NCBI GenBank assembly: GCA_035524135.1
Contig: DATKPM010000104.1
Coordinates: 27,718-91,717, forward strand
Source of the DNA: Candidatus Acidiferrum sp.
Lineage (GTDB): Bacteria > Acidobacteriota > Terriglobia > Acidiferrales > UBA7541
DNA length: 64,000 bases
Direction of reading: 5' to 3'
The position numbers and the translations under genes were made by a program. Of the stretch, positions 53,907-63,982 are shown piece after piece. The first letter of the stretch is position 1; every line of letters begins with the position of its first letter. The notes beneath the pieces were generated by a model. It was given only the letters and a program-made list of their open reading frames with translations, had not been told where the DNA came from and did no database searches.

Positions 53907-55607
53907 TCAGTGGTTTTTGCTCTCGGAATCCTTTGCCGCCTGAACCTCCATTGCGCTCACGGCATCTCTGGGGATTATTTTCCAGTTGCCGTCAGACTCG
54001 TCGGGGATTTTCCCCGTGCGTTGCAGATAAGCGATTAAGAGGTCTCGAATCCCCTCGGGGGAGCGATAGACAATCGGCAGACCCTGGTAGACCTTGTAGC
54101 GTCCTCCGCCCGTGTAGCGGTAGTTGTTTACGGCGACGCGTAGTTCGCGGTCCGGAGCAAGGGGCTTTCCTTCAAATCGTAGATTTCGGATTCGGTCCCC
54201 GACAGGCTTTGTCAGATCGATTTCGTAGCTCACGCCCAAGGCTGAGTCCGCATTGTATCCGGGAAGCGCCAGTTTCTGCCCTGGTGAGGGCGGCCAAAAA
54301 GGATAGAAGCTTGCCGCATGTTCGAGAGCGTCCTTTAGCTGTTCCCCCCTCATCTTCACCACATAGAGCGCGTTTTCGTAAGTGTAAAGTGCGGCTGCCT
54401 GCCGGACGGTCACGGGCCCTTTCGGGATGATCGTCCCCGGGTAAAACATCGTTGCCAGAGAAACGTCCGCGTGGCCTGCCTCCATCTGCACTTTGTTGAT
54501 CAAAGTCACTAGCGGGCCGTCGTCGTACCGCTCGTCCTCTCCGCTGAGCTGCTTGGAGGAATAGGCAATCGGCGTATCCAGGTATTTCTGTGTCGCCTCG
54601 TGATACGGAGCGGCGATTCTCATAATTTCGGGATCGGCCACAGTTTCAGGAGTGACGGGGATCGTCCACGAACGTTTTGACACAACCGTCCATTTCTTTG
54701 CGCCATTTCTGCTCATATTCACATCTGCGCGCGCCAGGGAAATTCCCCAATTCTTGGCCTGTGCCATCAGGACGCCGTTCACAAGCAGTTCGGGCATTTC
54801 CTGATGCGTGTGTCCATAGAAAATCACATCGATCTCCGGGACTTGCTCCGCCAGCTCCCAGGCCGCGTTCTCGCCCGAAATCTGATCGCTCTCCATTTCG
54901 CCGGTCTTGGGATCGCGGTCCAGACCCGAGTGCATGATCACGACAAGGAGATCGACCTGCTTTCGCACCTGCGGAATAATCTCTTTCGCGGATTCGACGA
55001 TGGGTACGAACTCGTATCCCTTGTAATGGTCCGGAATCTCCCACCGCGGCACGCCTGTTGTGACGAATCCCACGATTCCTATGCGCACCCCTCGGACATT
55101 CTTGATGATGTAGGGCCGAATGTACGGAACGCCTTCCGTATAAGTCTGCCGGATATTGGCCGCAAGCCAGGGAAAGCTCGACTCCGATTTGGCTTTCCAC
55201 ATCACCGTTTCGCCGAAATTGAATTCGTGATTGCCCACAGCCATCGCGTCGTAATGCATGGCGTTGAAGACGGCGATCTCGGGATTCGGGAACGACTTAT
55301 CTTTAACCGCGAAATAGTACGCAAGCGGAGTCCCTTCGATCGTGTCCCCGCAATCGAGGAGTAGCGCATCCGGCGCTTCGGCTCTCTGCTCTTTCACCAG
55401 CGTTTCGAGCTTGGCCAAGCCCAGGTCCGCCGGTTTGTTCGCGTAATAATCCCACGGTCCGATATGCCCGTGCGAATCGGTCGTGCTGAGGAGCGTGATT
55501 GTGACTCTGGAATTCGAGGCGGAAGAAACGGCAACGGCCACGCTCGCGGCAAGCGTGCCGAACACGATTGGAAAGAAAAAACGCTGGGCTCTGCTCAATT
55601 TCTTCAC
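53907..55607 (-). CDS. Secreted bifunctional metallophosphatase / 5'-nucleotidase (UshA/CpdB-like)
   Basis: A signal peptide, then the calcineurin-like motifs TDSHGH, GDTIEG and GNHEF, plus a C-terminal 5'-nucleotidase domain. Confidence 0.85.
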   Translation of the reverse strand: MKKLSRAQRFFFPIVFGTLAASVAVAVSSASNSRVTITLLSTTDSHGHIGPWDYYANKPADLGLAKLETLVKEQRAEAPDALLLDCGDTIEGTPLAYYFAVKDKSFPNPEIAVFNAMHYDAMAVGNHEFNFGETVMWKAKSESSFPWLAANIRQTYTEGVPYIRPYIIKNVRGVRIGIVGFVTTGVPRWEIPDHYKGYEFVPIVESAKEIIPQVRKQVDLLVVIMHSGLDRDPKTGEMESDQISGENAAWELAEQVPEIDVIFYGHTHQEMPELLVNGVLMAQAKNWGISLARADVNMSRNGAKKWTVVSKRSWTIPVTPETVADPEIMRIAAPYHEATQKYLDTPIAYSSKQLSGEDERYDDGPLVTLINKVQMEAGHADVSLATMFYPGTIIPKGPVTVRQAAALYTYENALYVVKMRGEQLKDALEHAASFYPFWPPSPGQKLALPGYNADSALGVSYEIDLTKPVGDRIRNLRFEGKPLAPDRELRVAVNNYRYTGGGRYKVYQGLPIVYRSPEGIRDLLIAYLQRTGKIPDESDGNWKIIPRDAVSAMEVQAAKDSESKNH

Positions 55608-55640
55608 AGGAATTATTTAGGAAGCTGAGTCGATGAAATT

Positions 55641-56207
55641 CTACGCCCGTACAACCATGGGCATGCAGTGGGAAAGTGAGTCTGCAATCATCTTCAGCTC
55701 ACGTAGCTGTGGATGGGTAAAGTCCGGGCCTGCCTCCGCCGCGGTTTTTCCTTTTCTCGAAACCTGGATCACCCCGACGAGTTTTTGGTTCAGCAGGATG
55801 GGGGCACTCATGATCTTCTGAATAGGGTCGCCTCGCTCTTCGGCAATTGGCACCGCCTCGAAGACCGACGCGTGAGGCACTACGGCAAAGTGATTGATGA
55901 TTTCCGCGCGCTTTTCGCGAGCCGTTCTCGCGGCCAACGAATTTGTGCTCGACAGAGGGATCATTCCAACCACTTTCAGTGCCTCGGGGACCACAAACTG
56001 AAGAAATCGCTCGTCCGTTCCCAGAGTAAAGATAGCCACCTCGTGCGGCTGAACGGCAAAATTCCTGCTAATCAGCTCCACTGCGCGCGTCAACCCGACG
56101 AATTCCCCCTGCGCGGCGTTGTGGGAAATCGTCGCCATCCATTTCTTCAGCTCGCCGATGTATTCGCTTTGCATTTCCGAGAGGGCTCGCTGAGGCCAGT
56201 CTAGCAT
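55641..56207 (-). CDS. GAF-domain protein
   Basis: 188 aa. A GAF-like core with SAPILLNQKLVGVIQVSRK. Confidence 0.7.
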   Translation of the reverse strand: MLDWPQRALSEMQSEYIGELKKWMATISHNAAQGEFVGLTRAVELISRNFAVQPHEVAIFTLGTDERFLQFVVPEALKVVGMIPLSSTNSLAARTAREKRAEIINHFAVVPHASVFEAVPIAEERGDPIQKIMSAPILLNQKLVGVIQVSRKGKTAAEAGPDFTHPQLRELKMIADSLSHCMPMVVRA

Positions 56208-56289
56208 CGGGGAACCGCCATGCTAGCCTCACGGCTGCTTGCGGTTTCCAATCTGCAATCCCCCCTTTGGCCGCTACAAAGCTCGCTCC

Positions 56290-57774
56290 CTAGGGCGTCC
56301 TTGCAAGCCCCTGGAGCACAAGCCCAAGCTCCCGGACGCCCCTCCGAATCTCGCTCGCATCCACGGCAGCAAACCCCAGTTGCAATCCCTCGCGCCTCAC
56401 TTGGCCGCGCGCGAAGCGTCCTATGGGCGTCACCTCGACGTTTTGCATCGCCGCAGCTTTCGCCGCCCGCTCCGCTCGAATCCCTTTCTTCAGCCAGCCT
56501 ACCGTCTGCAAGCCGGCCTCGACAGTGGAGACTTCGAGAAGGCCCTCCAGGCTCTCCCGCGCGCAATCCAGGAGCACCGAATGCCGCTCCGCATATATCT
56601 CACGCATACGACGCACGTGCCTGCCGAAGTGCCCCTCGGTGATGAAGTCGCACACAATTGCCTGGTCCAGCAGCGGTGCGTGCCGCCTTGCCAGCGACTG
56701 GTTCGCCTCAAAATAGGACACAAGGTCGGGAGGGATCACCAAATAGCCCAAGCGCAGGGAAGGGAACAGCGCCTTGTTGAAGCTCCCCGCGAACAGAACG
56801 ACACCGTTTCGATCGAGTCCCTGCAATGCCGGAACCGGCCGCCCGGAGAACCGAAACTCGCTGTCGTAATCGTCCTCGAAAATCAACGCTCCTGTTCTCG
56901 CCGCCCAGTCGAGCAGATTCAGCCGCCGCGGCAGGCTCATCGTAATCCCCAGCGGGAATTGATGCGCGGGAGTGGCGTAAATCAGTTTTGCTCCCCGCAT
57001 TTTCTTTTCGTCTATCGTGATGCCTTCGATGTCCAGAGCCCGCGGCAAGACCGTCGCTCCGAAAGCATCGAAAACAAATCCAGCGCCGATGTAACCCGGT
57101 TCCTCCATGCACACTCTGTCGCCGGGGTCGAGCAGGACGCGGGCTGTCATCTCCAGCGCTTCCTGCACTCCGGAAATGATCGCGATCTGTTCCGCCTCGC
57201 AGTTCACGCCGCGCGATGTCGTCAAGTAGTGGGCCACGGCTTCCCGCAGCGGCTTGTACCCCATCGGGTCGCACCCAAGCAGAAGGCTCACGGGAGCGCG
57301 TCGCACACGCCGCGCAGCGATCTGCGCCCAAAGCGTTGTAGGAAACTTGTCCAGCGCCGGGACGTTTGGCCGGAAGGCCCGGCTCGGCTTCTGCTCAAAT
57401 CCTGTGAAAAGCGTCGTTCTCCGTGCAGCGCTCGAAACGCATCGGCGTGGCATCCGCTGGGCGCGGGCCTTCGCGTCTTCCGGGCGTTTTGCTTCCAGAA
57501 ACTCCTCTGGCAGCACTTTGCTCACATAAGTGCCTGAACCGACACTTCCGCTGATGTAGCCCTCGGACATAAGGAGCTCGAAAGCATTGACGACAGTTCC
57601 TCGCGCGAGCCCATATTGGCGCGCCAGATCGCGCGTCGAGGGCAATCGTGCTCCGGGACGCAACCGGCCTTCCAAGACTCCCGCACGCAGCGCGGAATAG
57701 AGCCAGTGATACGCAGGCGTGTCCGGTTCGCGTTCGGGCAGCGACAGTTCCAGCGCGGCTGTTCTCTTGGGCAT
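56290..57774 (-). CDS. MocR-family regulator (GntR HTH plus aminotransferase-like domain), second copy in the window
   Basis: wHTH LPSTRDLARQYGLARGTVVNAFELLMSEGYI and an AAT-like domain with SFNKALFPSLRLGY (PLP Lys context). Start moved to ATG 57774. Confidence 0.85.
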   Translation of the reverse strand: MPKRTAALELSLPEREPDTPAYHWLYSALRAGVLEGRLRPGARLPSTRDLARQYGLARGTVVNAFELLMSEGYISGSVGSGTYVSKVLPEEFLEAKRPEDAKARAQRMPRRCVSSAARRTTLFTGFEQKPSRAFRPNVPALDKFPTTLWAQIAARRVRRAPVSLLLGCDPMGYKPLREAVAHYLTTSRGVNCEAEQIAIISGVQEALEMTARVLLDPGDRVCMEEPGYIGAGFVFDAFGATVLPRALDIEGITIDEKKMRGAKLIYATPAHQFPLGITMSLPRRLNLLDWAARTGALIFEDDYDSEFRFSGRPVPALQGLDRNGVVLFAGSFNKALFPSLRLGYLVIPPDLVSYFEANQSLARRHAPLLDQAIVCDFITEGHFGRHVRRMREIYAERHSVLLDCARESLEGLLEVSTVEAGLQTVGWLKKGIRAERAAKAAAMQNVEVTPIGRFARGQVRREGLQLGFAAVDASEIRRGVRELGLVLQGLARTP

Positions 57775-57803
57775 AACAAGTGGTGCAGCAAGAATATCGT
57801 AAA

Positions 57804-57824
57804 TGGACCTTATGGTAAGGTCCA
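57804..57824. promoter_or_regulatory. Perfect 9-3-9 palindrome TGGACCTTA-TGG-TAAGGTCCA between the MocR-type regulator and the doxX-like gene
   Basis: Read directly from the sequence. It lies 30 bp upstream of the regulator ATG (57774) and 88 bp upstream of the divergent DoxX ATG (57912). Confidence 0.5.
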
Positions 57825-57911
57825 CTTGCGTTTAAAGTATCGCTTGGTTATCGGTCAGTCGCCGCTGAGTTGGGGGATTTCCGGCGTCGAGGCTGAGAGG
57901 AGTCAATCGCC

Positions 57912-58406
57912 ATGAGCGCTTCCCTGTCGCACGGCATTTCGAGGGACAACCCCATCGAATTCCTGAGCCGCCTCCCGTGGAGCCGCCTCAGTCTCTTGTA
58001 CGTCCGCTGTGCGCTCGGCGCTGCATTTCTCTCTGGAATTGCGGACCGCTTTGGTCTTTATCGCGGGAGAAACGTGGGATACGGAAATTTCGAAGGCTTT
58101 GTCCGCTACACGGCTCAGGTGAATTCGTTCATGCCCGCATGGACCATTCCTTATCTCGCCTGGGCCGCCACGATGGCTGAGTTTTCGCTGGGAGTGCTGC
58201 TGCTCCTCGGCATCTGGCGCCGGCCAGTCGGCGTGGCGAGCGCGATCCTCCTGCTTCTATTCGGGACAGCCATGGCGATTTCCTTTGGGATTAAATCGCC
58301 GCTCGATTACTCCGTCTTCTCCGCTTCCGCCGCGGCACTTTTCCTCGCGTTTTACGATTGGTCATCGCGAGCCGGACCCGGCGAGAGGGAATTTACTTCG
58401 AACTGA
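57912..58406 (+). CDS. DoxX-family membrane protein
   Basis: 164 aa with four hydrophobic helices in a DoxX-like arrangement (AMAEFSLGVLLLLGIWRR). Confidence 0.7.
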   Translation: MSASLSHGISRDNPIEFLSRLPWSRLSLLYVRCALGAAFLSGIADRFGLYRGRNVGYGNFEGFVRYTAQVNSFMPAWTIPYLAWAATMAEFSLGVLLLLGIWRRPVGVASAILLLLFGTAMAISFGIKSPLDYSVFSASAAALFLAFYDWSSRAGPGEREFTSN

Positions 58407-58443
58407 ATTTCTGCGATATCGCCGGAGCCGAAAGGGAGAATAT

Positions 58444-58905
58444 ATGCACCGCAAATTCACAATCCTGTTGGCAGTCATCGCTTCCTGCGTCTCGATTTCC
58501 ACCGCTGTTCTTTTCGCGCGTCCTCCACAGCCGCCAGACGATTTGCTTCAGGTCCGCGAAACTGTCTGGCGCTCCTGGTTCGCCGGCGACATCCCCACGC
58601 TCGAACGCCTTGTTCCACCAGACACGATTGTCGTCAGTCCTGGCCAGGCAAACTTCGAGACGCAGGCAGACATCATTGCCGAATCGAAGAGGTTTCACGA
58701 CGGCGGCGGCAAGCTGATCCGCTTGGAATTCCCGCTCACCAAAGTCCAGCGGTTCGGCGGCGTAGCCATCATCTACAGCCACTATCTCTACGAGACTGAA
58801 TCCGGTGGAAAGCGCGTGATCCACACCGGAGCTTCCACAGAGACATTTGTTCTCCGCGACGGCCATTGGGTCAATCCCGGCTGGCAAACCGCCTCGGACA
58901 AATAA
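58444..58905 (+). CDS. Secreted NTF2-like (SnoaL/DUF4440-type) protein
   Basis: A signal-like N-terminus (MHRKFTILLAVIASCVSISTAVLFA), then an alpha+beta cone-like pattern ending in FVLRDGHWV. Start moved to ATG 58444. Confidence 0.6.
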   Translation: MHRKFTILLAVIASCVSISTAVLFARPPQPPDDLLQVRETVWRSWFAGDIPTLERLVPPDTIVVSPGQANFETQADIIAESKRFHDGGGKLIRLEFPLTKVQRFGGVAIIYSHYLYETESGGKRVIHTGASTETFVLRDGHWVNPGWQTASDK

Positions 58906-58910
58906 TCCGC

Positions 58911-58944
58911 GGGCCGCGCATCCTTCTGTGCGGCCCCGGTTTGT
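58911..58944 (+). terminator. Hairpin terminator candidate after the NTF2-like gene
   Basis: GGGCCGCGCA (58911-58920) pairs with TGTGCGGCCC (58927-58936), giving 10 bp with one G.U. This is followed by CGGTTTGT. Confidence 0.45.
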
Positions 58945-59017
58945 CCGCACCCAACTGCTCTCCACTTAAAGATTTCCGACGCTCTGAGCTATACTCTTCC
59001 GCGGGTTTTTTGAACAA

Positions 59018-60244
59018 ATGCGCCGCTACCTTTGGCTCGCGTTGGGAATCCTGCTCGGAGGAACAGTTCCGCTCTTGGCACTCGATAACGCCACCACCAA
59101 AAATCTCAGTCCCGCCGCACGCCTTCATTTTTCCTCGATTGTCGTCGATACGCACGACGATACGACTCAGCGCCTTTTAGAGCCGCACTTCGACATCGCC
59201 GCACGTCACGCCGACGGCAGCATCGACATTCCCCGGATGAGGCAAGGCGGCCTGAGTGCAATCTTCTTTTCGATTTGGATTTCCGGCAAAGTGACCGGCC
59301 CTGAGGCGACCGAACGCGCCCTTCACCAGATTTCGCTCGTCCGGCAGATGGTTGCCAGCCATTCAAACGATCTCGTCTTGTGCACCACAGCCTCGTGCAT
59401 CCGCCAGGCAAAAGCGGAGAGCAAAATAGCTGTTCTGATGGGCGTCGAAGGCGGGCATATGATTGACGATTCGCTCGCCAATCTCGACAAATTTGCCGCT
59501 CTTGACGTGCGTTACATGACTCTCACGCATATGGTTAATACGGACTGGGCGGATTCGTCGACAGACAAACCCGCGCACAACGGGCTGACGGATTTCGGCA
59601 AACAAGTTGTTTTGGAAATGAACCGGCTCGGCATTATGGTGGATATTTCGCACGTCTCCGACAAGACCTTTTACGATGCGCTTGCAGCGAGCAAAGCCCC
59701 GCTTATCGCCTCGCACTCATCTTGCCGCGCCCTTTGCAATGCGCCGCGCAACATGACGGATCAGATGATCCTCGATCTGGCGGCGAAGGGCGGTGTGATT
59801 CAGATAAACTATCACGTCGGGTTCCTGGACCAGAAATTCCGCGATGCCGACGCTGGGAAGCCCGAACTTGGAAAGCAGATTGAAACCGCAGCCAAATCGC
59901 GATGTGGCGATGACGACACTTGCCAACTCATCGAGTCCGAAAAAATCACTCGTGAGTACATGGAAGAAGGAAAATATCCGCGGGTCGAATGGACTGAAAT
60001 TGTCGACCATATCGACCACGCGGTCAGGCTTGTGGGCCCCGACCACGTTGGATTAGGCTCGGATTTCGACGGAGCCGTGATGCCGTTCGGCATGGAAGAC
60101 GCTTCGCACTTGCCGCAGATCACCGAAGCGCTCCTTGCCCGCGGGTATAAGCCCGAAGACATTCAAAAAATCCTGGGCGGAAACACTCTTCGATTGATGG
60201 AACAGGTGGAAGCCGTGTCTCAACAGATGAAAGGACATTCATGA
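59018..60244 (+). CDS. Membrane (renal-type) dipeptidase, peptidase family M19
   Basis: Contains VVDTHDD, GVEGGH, LTHMVNTDWADS, VDISHVSD and GLGSDFDG. Confidence 0.9.
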   Translation: MRRYLWLALGILLGGTVPLLALDNATTKNLSPAARLHFSSIVVDTHDDTTQRLLEPHFDIAARHADGSIDIPRMRQGGLSAIFFSIWISGKVTGPEATERALHQISLVRQMVASHSNDLVLCTTASCIRQAKAESKIAVLMGVEGGHMIDDSLANLDKFAALDVRYMTLTHMVNTDWADSSTDKPAHNGLTDFGKQVVLEMNRLGIMVDISHVSDKTFYDALAASKAPLIASHSSCRALCNAPRNMTDQMILDLAAKGGVIQINYHVGFLDQKFRDADAGKPELGKQIETAAKSRCGDDDTCQLIESEKITREYMEEGKYPRVEWTEIVDHIDHAVRLVGPDHVGLGSDFDGAVMPFGMEDASHLPQITEALLARGYKPEDIQKILGGNTLRLMEQVEAVSQQMKGHS

Positions 60245-61014
60245 AGCGCACCAGTCCGTTATGGATCCTGCTGGGCTTGAGTCTTATTCTTCCTCCGGCA
60301 GTGCCTGCTCAGACTTCGTCAACAAGCTCGACGGCGCCGCAGAGAACGGTCCACCACCACACAGACCCGGCGCTTTACCATCCTGCGAGCCTCACCGCGA
60401 AAGCGCCGCCGGTTTACGAAGTGAAGTTCATCACGACAAAGGGCGACTTCGTCGTTCAGGTCACCCGCGCTTGGGCTCCTTTGGGCGCGGATCGGTTCTA
60501 CAACCTGGTGAGACATCACTTCTACGACGAAGCCAGCTTCTTTCGCGTGATTCCCGGATTCGTCGTTCAATTCGGATTGAGCCCGAATCCTTCCATTACC
60601 AGGATTTGGGAGAAAGCAAACATTGCGGATGACCCGGTGACGCAATCGAACCGCGCGGGATACGTCACGTTCGCAACTGCCGGCCCGAACACTCGCACCA
60701 CGCAGGTGTTCATCAGTCTGGGCAGCAATGCGCAGCTCGATTCCATGGGATTTGCCCCGTTTGGGCAGGTTACTTCGGGAATGGATGTTGTCCAGCAGCT
60801 CTACGGCGGTTACGGCGAAGGCGCTCCCGATGGAGCCGGGCCCGCCCAGGACAAAATTCAAGCGTATGGGAAGGAGTATCTCGATAAGAACTTTCCAAAA
60901 TTGGACAGCATTGAGAGGGCGATCATCATCTCGCCGGCTCCCGTCGAGCATCATCCCGCAACTCATAGGGTGGCTCCGGCGGCGAGCACAGCACCGTCCA
61001 GTTCCAAACCGTAG
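60241..61014 (+). CDS. Secreted cyclophilin-type peptidyl-prolyl isomerase
   Basis: A signal peptide, then FYNLVRHHFYDEASFFRVIPGFVVQFG. Its ATG overlaps the dipeptidase stop (ATGA). Confidence 0.9.
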   Translation: MKRTSPLWILLGLSLILPPAVPAQTSSTSSTAPQRTVHHHTDPALYHPASLTAKAPPVYEVKFITTKGDFVVQVTRAWAPLGADRFYNLVRHHFYDEASFFRVIPGFVVQFGLSPNPSITRIWEKANIADDPVTQSNRAGYVTFATAGPNTRTTQVFISLGSNAQLDSMGFAPFGQVTSGMDVVQQLYGGYGEGAPDGAGPAQDKIQAYGKEYLDKNFPKLDSIERAIIISPAPVEHHPATHRVAPAASTAPSSSKP

Positions 61015-61063
61015 TTAGGAGCGCAGCGAAGTCCTCTGCAAAAATTCTGAAGAGGGAGTGGAG

Positions 61064-61624
61064 ATGGCGACAAATTCAAAATTGCTCGACCCGCAGTCGT
61101 TGAACGCGAAAGCACCCGATGTCTTCCAGGCCGAATTTTCGACCACCGCGGGGAATTTCACGATTGAGGTCACAAGGGAATGGGCCCCGCTTGGAGCGGA
61201 TCGCTTCTACAATCTTGTGACGAACAACTATTTTGACGATTCCGCCTTTTTTCGCGTCGTGCCCAAGTTCATCATTCAATTCGGCCTCAGCGCCGATCCC
61301 GACGTGAACCGGAAGTGGCGCATGGCGAATCTGAAGGACGATCCGGTGAAACAGTCCAACAAACCCGGATATCTCACCTTTGCCACCGCCGGGCCGAACA
61401 CCAGAACGACGCAGCTCTTCATCAATTTTGGGAACAATGGATTCCTCGATTCGCAAGGATTTGCGCCGTTTGGAAGAGTCGTTTCCGGAATGGATGTGGT
61501 CGAGAAGATTTTTTCAGGATATGGCGAGCAGCCGGATCAAGGCAGCATCCATGCGCAAGGGAAGGCTTACCTGGATCAGAAATTTCCGAAGCTTGATCGG
61601 ATCAAATCTACAACGGTGGTTTAG
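61064..61624 (+). CDS. Cytoplasmic cyclophilin-type peptidyl-prolyl isomerase (tandem paralogue)
   Basis: Contains FYNLVTNNYFDDSAFFRVVPKFIIQFG. Start taken at ATG 61064, 5 nt after AGAGGGAG. The track GTG at 61058 overlaps that RBS. Confidence 0.9.
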   Translation: MATNSKLLDPQSLNAKAPDVFQAEFSTTAGNFTIEVTREWAPLGADRFYNLVTNNYFDDSAFFRVVPKFIIQFGLSADPDVNRKWRMANLKDDPVKQSNKPGYLTFATAGPNTRTTQLFINFGNNGFLDSQGFAPFGRVVSGMDVVEKIFSGYGEQPDQGSIHAQGKAYLDQKFPKLDRIKSTTVV

Positions 61625-61684
61625 AGAGACGCAGCTTCTCCGCACCGGACTTGACAGGCCGGCGAAATAGGCGGCGGACGGCGC

Positions 61685-61735
61685 CAGCTCAACTAGTGGT
61701 GTGAGCTGAAGCTTATTTCCTTCTTTCTCTTTTGA
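61685..61735 (+). terminator. Hairpin plus U-rich tract after the second PPIase gene
   Basis: CAGCTCA (61685-61691) pairs with TGAGCTG (61702-61708). This is followed by AAGCTTATTTCCTTCTTTCTCTTTTG. Confidence 0.4.
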
Positions 61736-61766
61736 TGAGCGCCCGCTACACTGCTCGCGGCCTGAA

Positions 61767-63338
61767 ATGAGTGATTCAACCGCGCTGCCCTCCGCCGCTG
61801 AATCTGTTCGATCCCCTCGCGCGATTGCGGCCGCTCTCAGTGACAATGCGGTCCTCGCCATTGTCACGGGCTTCGCTCTCCTGTTTCACGCCCTGGCGAT
61901 TCGCAACTACGGATTCTTTCGCGACGAGCTCTACTACATCGCCTGTTCCCGCCATCTGGCGTGGGGATATATCGACCAACCGCCGCTTGTCGCCGTGGTG
62001 GCCTGGATTTCGCGACACCTCTTCGGAAATTCTCTCATAGGCATCCGTGTTTTCCCCGCGCTTGCCGGCGCGGCTGCCGTTCTGCTCGCAGGACTCTTCG
62101 CGCGCTCCCTCGGCGGCGGCCGCTTCGCACAGTTCTTGGCCTCTTGCGCAGTCCTCCTCGCGCCCGCATGCCTCGCATTCACGGGCTTCTATTCGATGAA
62201 CGCGTTCGAGCCTTTGTTTTGGTTGGGATGCGCTTGGATTGCGGTCCGGATAATCCAGGGGACCTCGCCGCGGTTATGGATACTCTTTGGCCTGATTGCC
62301 GGCGCCGGAATCGAAAACAAGCACACGATGATTGTGTTCGGATTTGCCCTTGCTTGCGGGCTGATTTTCTCCGGCAACTATCACCTCTTCAAGTCTCCGT
62401 GGATTTGGCTGGGAGCGGTGCTCGCTTTTTTGATCTTTCTGCCGAATCTTCGTTGGGAAGTTGCTCATGGGTTTCCGCAATTCGAAGTCGTCCGCAATGC
62501 GCAGCTCTACAAGAACGAGCCAACTGGCCCCGGGCGATTCATTTTCGACCAAGCGCTTTTCGTGCAACCGATTACATTCCTCTTATGCCTGGGCGGCTTG
62601 GTGTGGCTGTTCTTCTCGAAGCAAGGCAAACGATACTCGTTTCTCGCCTGGTGTTATTTTGTTGTTCTCGCCGTTTTCATCGTACTGGACGGCAAATCCT
62701 ACTACGTTGTTCCGATCTATCCGATACTCATCGCTGCCGGTGCCGTCGCGTTTGAAGACGTTGTGCGAAGACGCGCTTTGCGCACAGCGTTTGTTGCTCT
62801 GCTTGTTATCGGTGGGCTCGTGGCGCTTCCTCTGGGACTCCCCATCCTTCCGGTGAACGTGTTCTTGCGGTACCTCAAAATTGTTCCGTACGGAAGGGTG
62901 CAGACAGAGCGAGACGCGACCGTTGCCTTGCCGCAACTTTATGCTGATATGTTCGGCTGGGAAAATCTGGCAAAGCAAGTCGCGCTCGTGTACGACTCTC
63001 TCCCGCCCGACGAGCGCGCGAATTGCGCAATCGCGGCTGGCAATTACGGCGAAGCGGGTGCGATCGATTACTATGGTCCGTCACTCGGATTGCCACCCGC
63101 CATTTCGGGTCACAACAGCTATTATGATTGGGGACCGAGAAATTATTCGGGCTCGTGCGTAATCCTGGTCGGTGAAAGATCGAACGAACTGATTCAATAC
63201 TTCGGAGACGTTTCTCTTGCGACCAAAGTAGCGAATCCCCACGGCATGCCCACGGAGCGCAATGTCCCGGTCTATATCTGCCGCAAGCCTGTGGCGCCTC
63301 TCAAAGAGCTGTGGCCGCACTTCCGAATGATCATATAA
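61767..63338 (+). CDS. Glycosyltransferase family 39 / ArnT-PMT-like membrane glycosyltransferase
   Basis: 523 aa, polytopic. The first-loop motif FRDELYYIACSRHLAWGYIDQPPL is typical of GT-C (GT39/83-like) enzymes. Confidence 0.8.
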   Translation: MSDSTALPSAAESVRSPRAIAAALSDNAVLAIVTGFALLFHALAIRNYGFFRDELYYIACSRHLAWGYIDQPPLVAVVAWISRHLFGNSLIGIRVFPALAGAAAVLLAGLFARSLGGGRFAQFLASCAVLLAPACLAFTGFYSMNAFEPLFWLGCAWIAVRIIQGTSPRLWILFGLIAGAGIENKHTMIVFGFALACGLIFSGNYHLFKSPWIWLGAVLAFLIFLPNLRWEVAHGFPQFEVVRNAQLYKNEPTGPGRFIFDQALFVQPITFLLCLGGLVWLFFSKQGKRYSFLAWCYFVVLAVFIVLDGKSYYVVPIYPILIAAGAVAFEDVVRRRALRTAFVALLVIGGLVALPLGLPILPVNVFLRYLKIVPYGRVQTERDATVALPQLYADMFGWENLAKQVALVYDSLPPDERANCAIAAGNYGEAGAIDYYGPSLGLPPAISGHNSYYDWGPRNYSGSCVILVGERSNELIQYFGDVSLATKVANPHGMPTERNVPVYICRKPVAPLKELWPHFRMII

Positions 63339-63346
63339 AAGATCAT

Positions 63347-63982
63347 CTAGTGAATCGGAGCTCTCTTCGGATCTTTCGCCGAGCGTTCCAGCCTTTCCAC
63401 ATCCAACCCTGTCGATGCGAGGCGTTGCCCGATTTGAGAACTCGTCTCTCGCGCCATGGCCAGAAGCACTGATTCGCTCGTCAAAATAGGGATTATTTTT
63501 CCCGCGCGCCGCTCGCGCCCGGGCGTGATTCTCGCTGCGCGCCGAAACATGGATTGCAGCTCTCTGGATATTCCGAGGCCATTTTTTGCATTCGATGGCC
63601 GGCGGCGCTTGCGCAGAGAAAACTTGTCGCGGCCATTGCCATTTTCTACGCGCCGCGCTGCCTCGAATTCCAGCAGCCATTTGTGCCATCGCTGGGGACT
63701 TACGCGGCACAGCGATGCCAGATATTTTTCAATGTCGCCGGAATCCTGCCAATAGCTGTCGAGCCGTTCCCAGTGATTGAGATACATCGCGGCAAGAAAG
63801 TCAGCTGCGCTGATCCACTCCAGAGCCCGGCTCTTTGCCAGCATCACGGCGAGGCGCGCTGTGCGGTCGAGTTCCTTGGTAAATCGGAAGGGAAGCTCGT
63901 CGAATAAAAAAGGCGACGCATGGGCAGACGCGGCTTGCCCGTACGACTCGCGCCCATTAAGTCTTTTCCCAAGGACCTTCAT
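63347..63982 (-). CDS. Hypothetical protein (weak resemblance to a Clp N-terminal repeat)
   Basis: 211 aa. Two helical segments resemble Clp_N repeats (ISAADFLAAMYLN, ILTSESVLLAMAR). Unverified. Confidence 0.45.
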   Translation of the reverse strand: MKVLGKRLNGRESYGQAASAHASPFLFDELPFRFTKELDRTARLAVMLAKSRALEWISAADFLAAMYLNHWERLDSYWQDSGDIEKYLASLCRVSPQRWHKWLLEFEAARRVENGNGRDKFSLRKRRRPSNAKNGLGISRELQSMFRRAARITPGRERRAGKIIPILTSESVLLAMARETSSQIGQRLASTGLDVERLERSAKDPKRAPIH

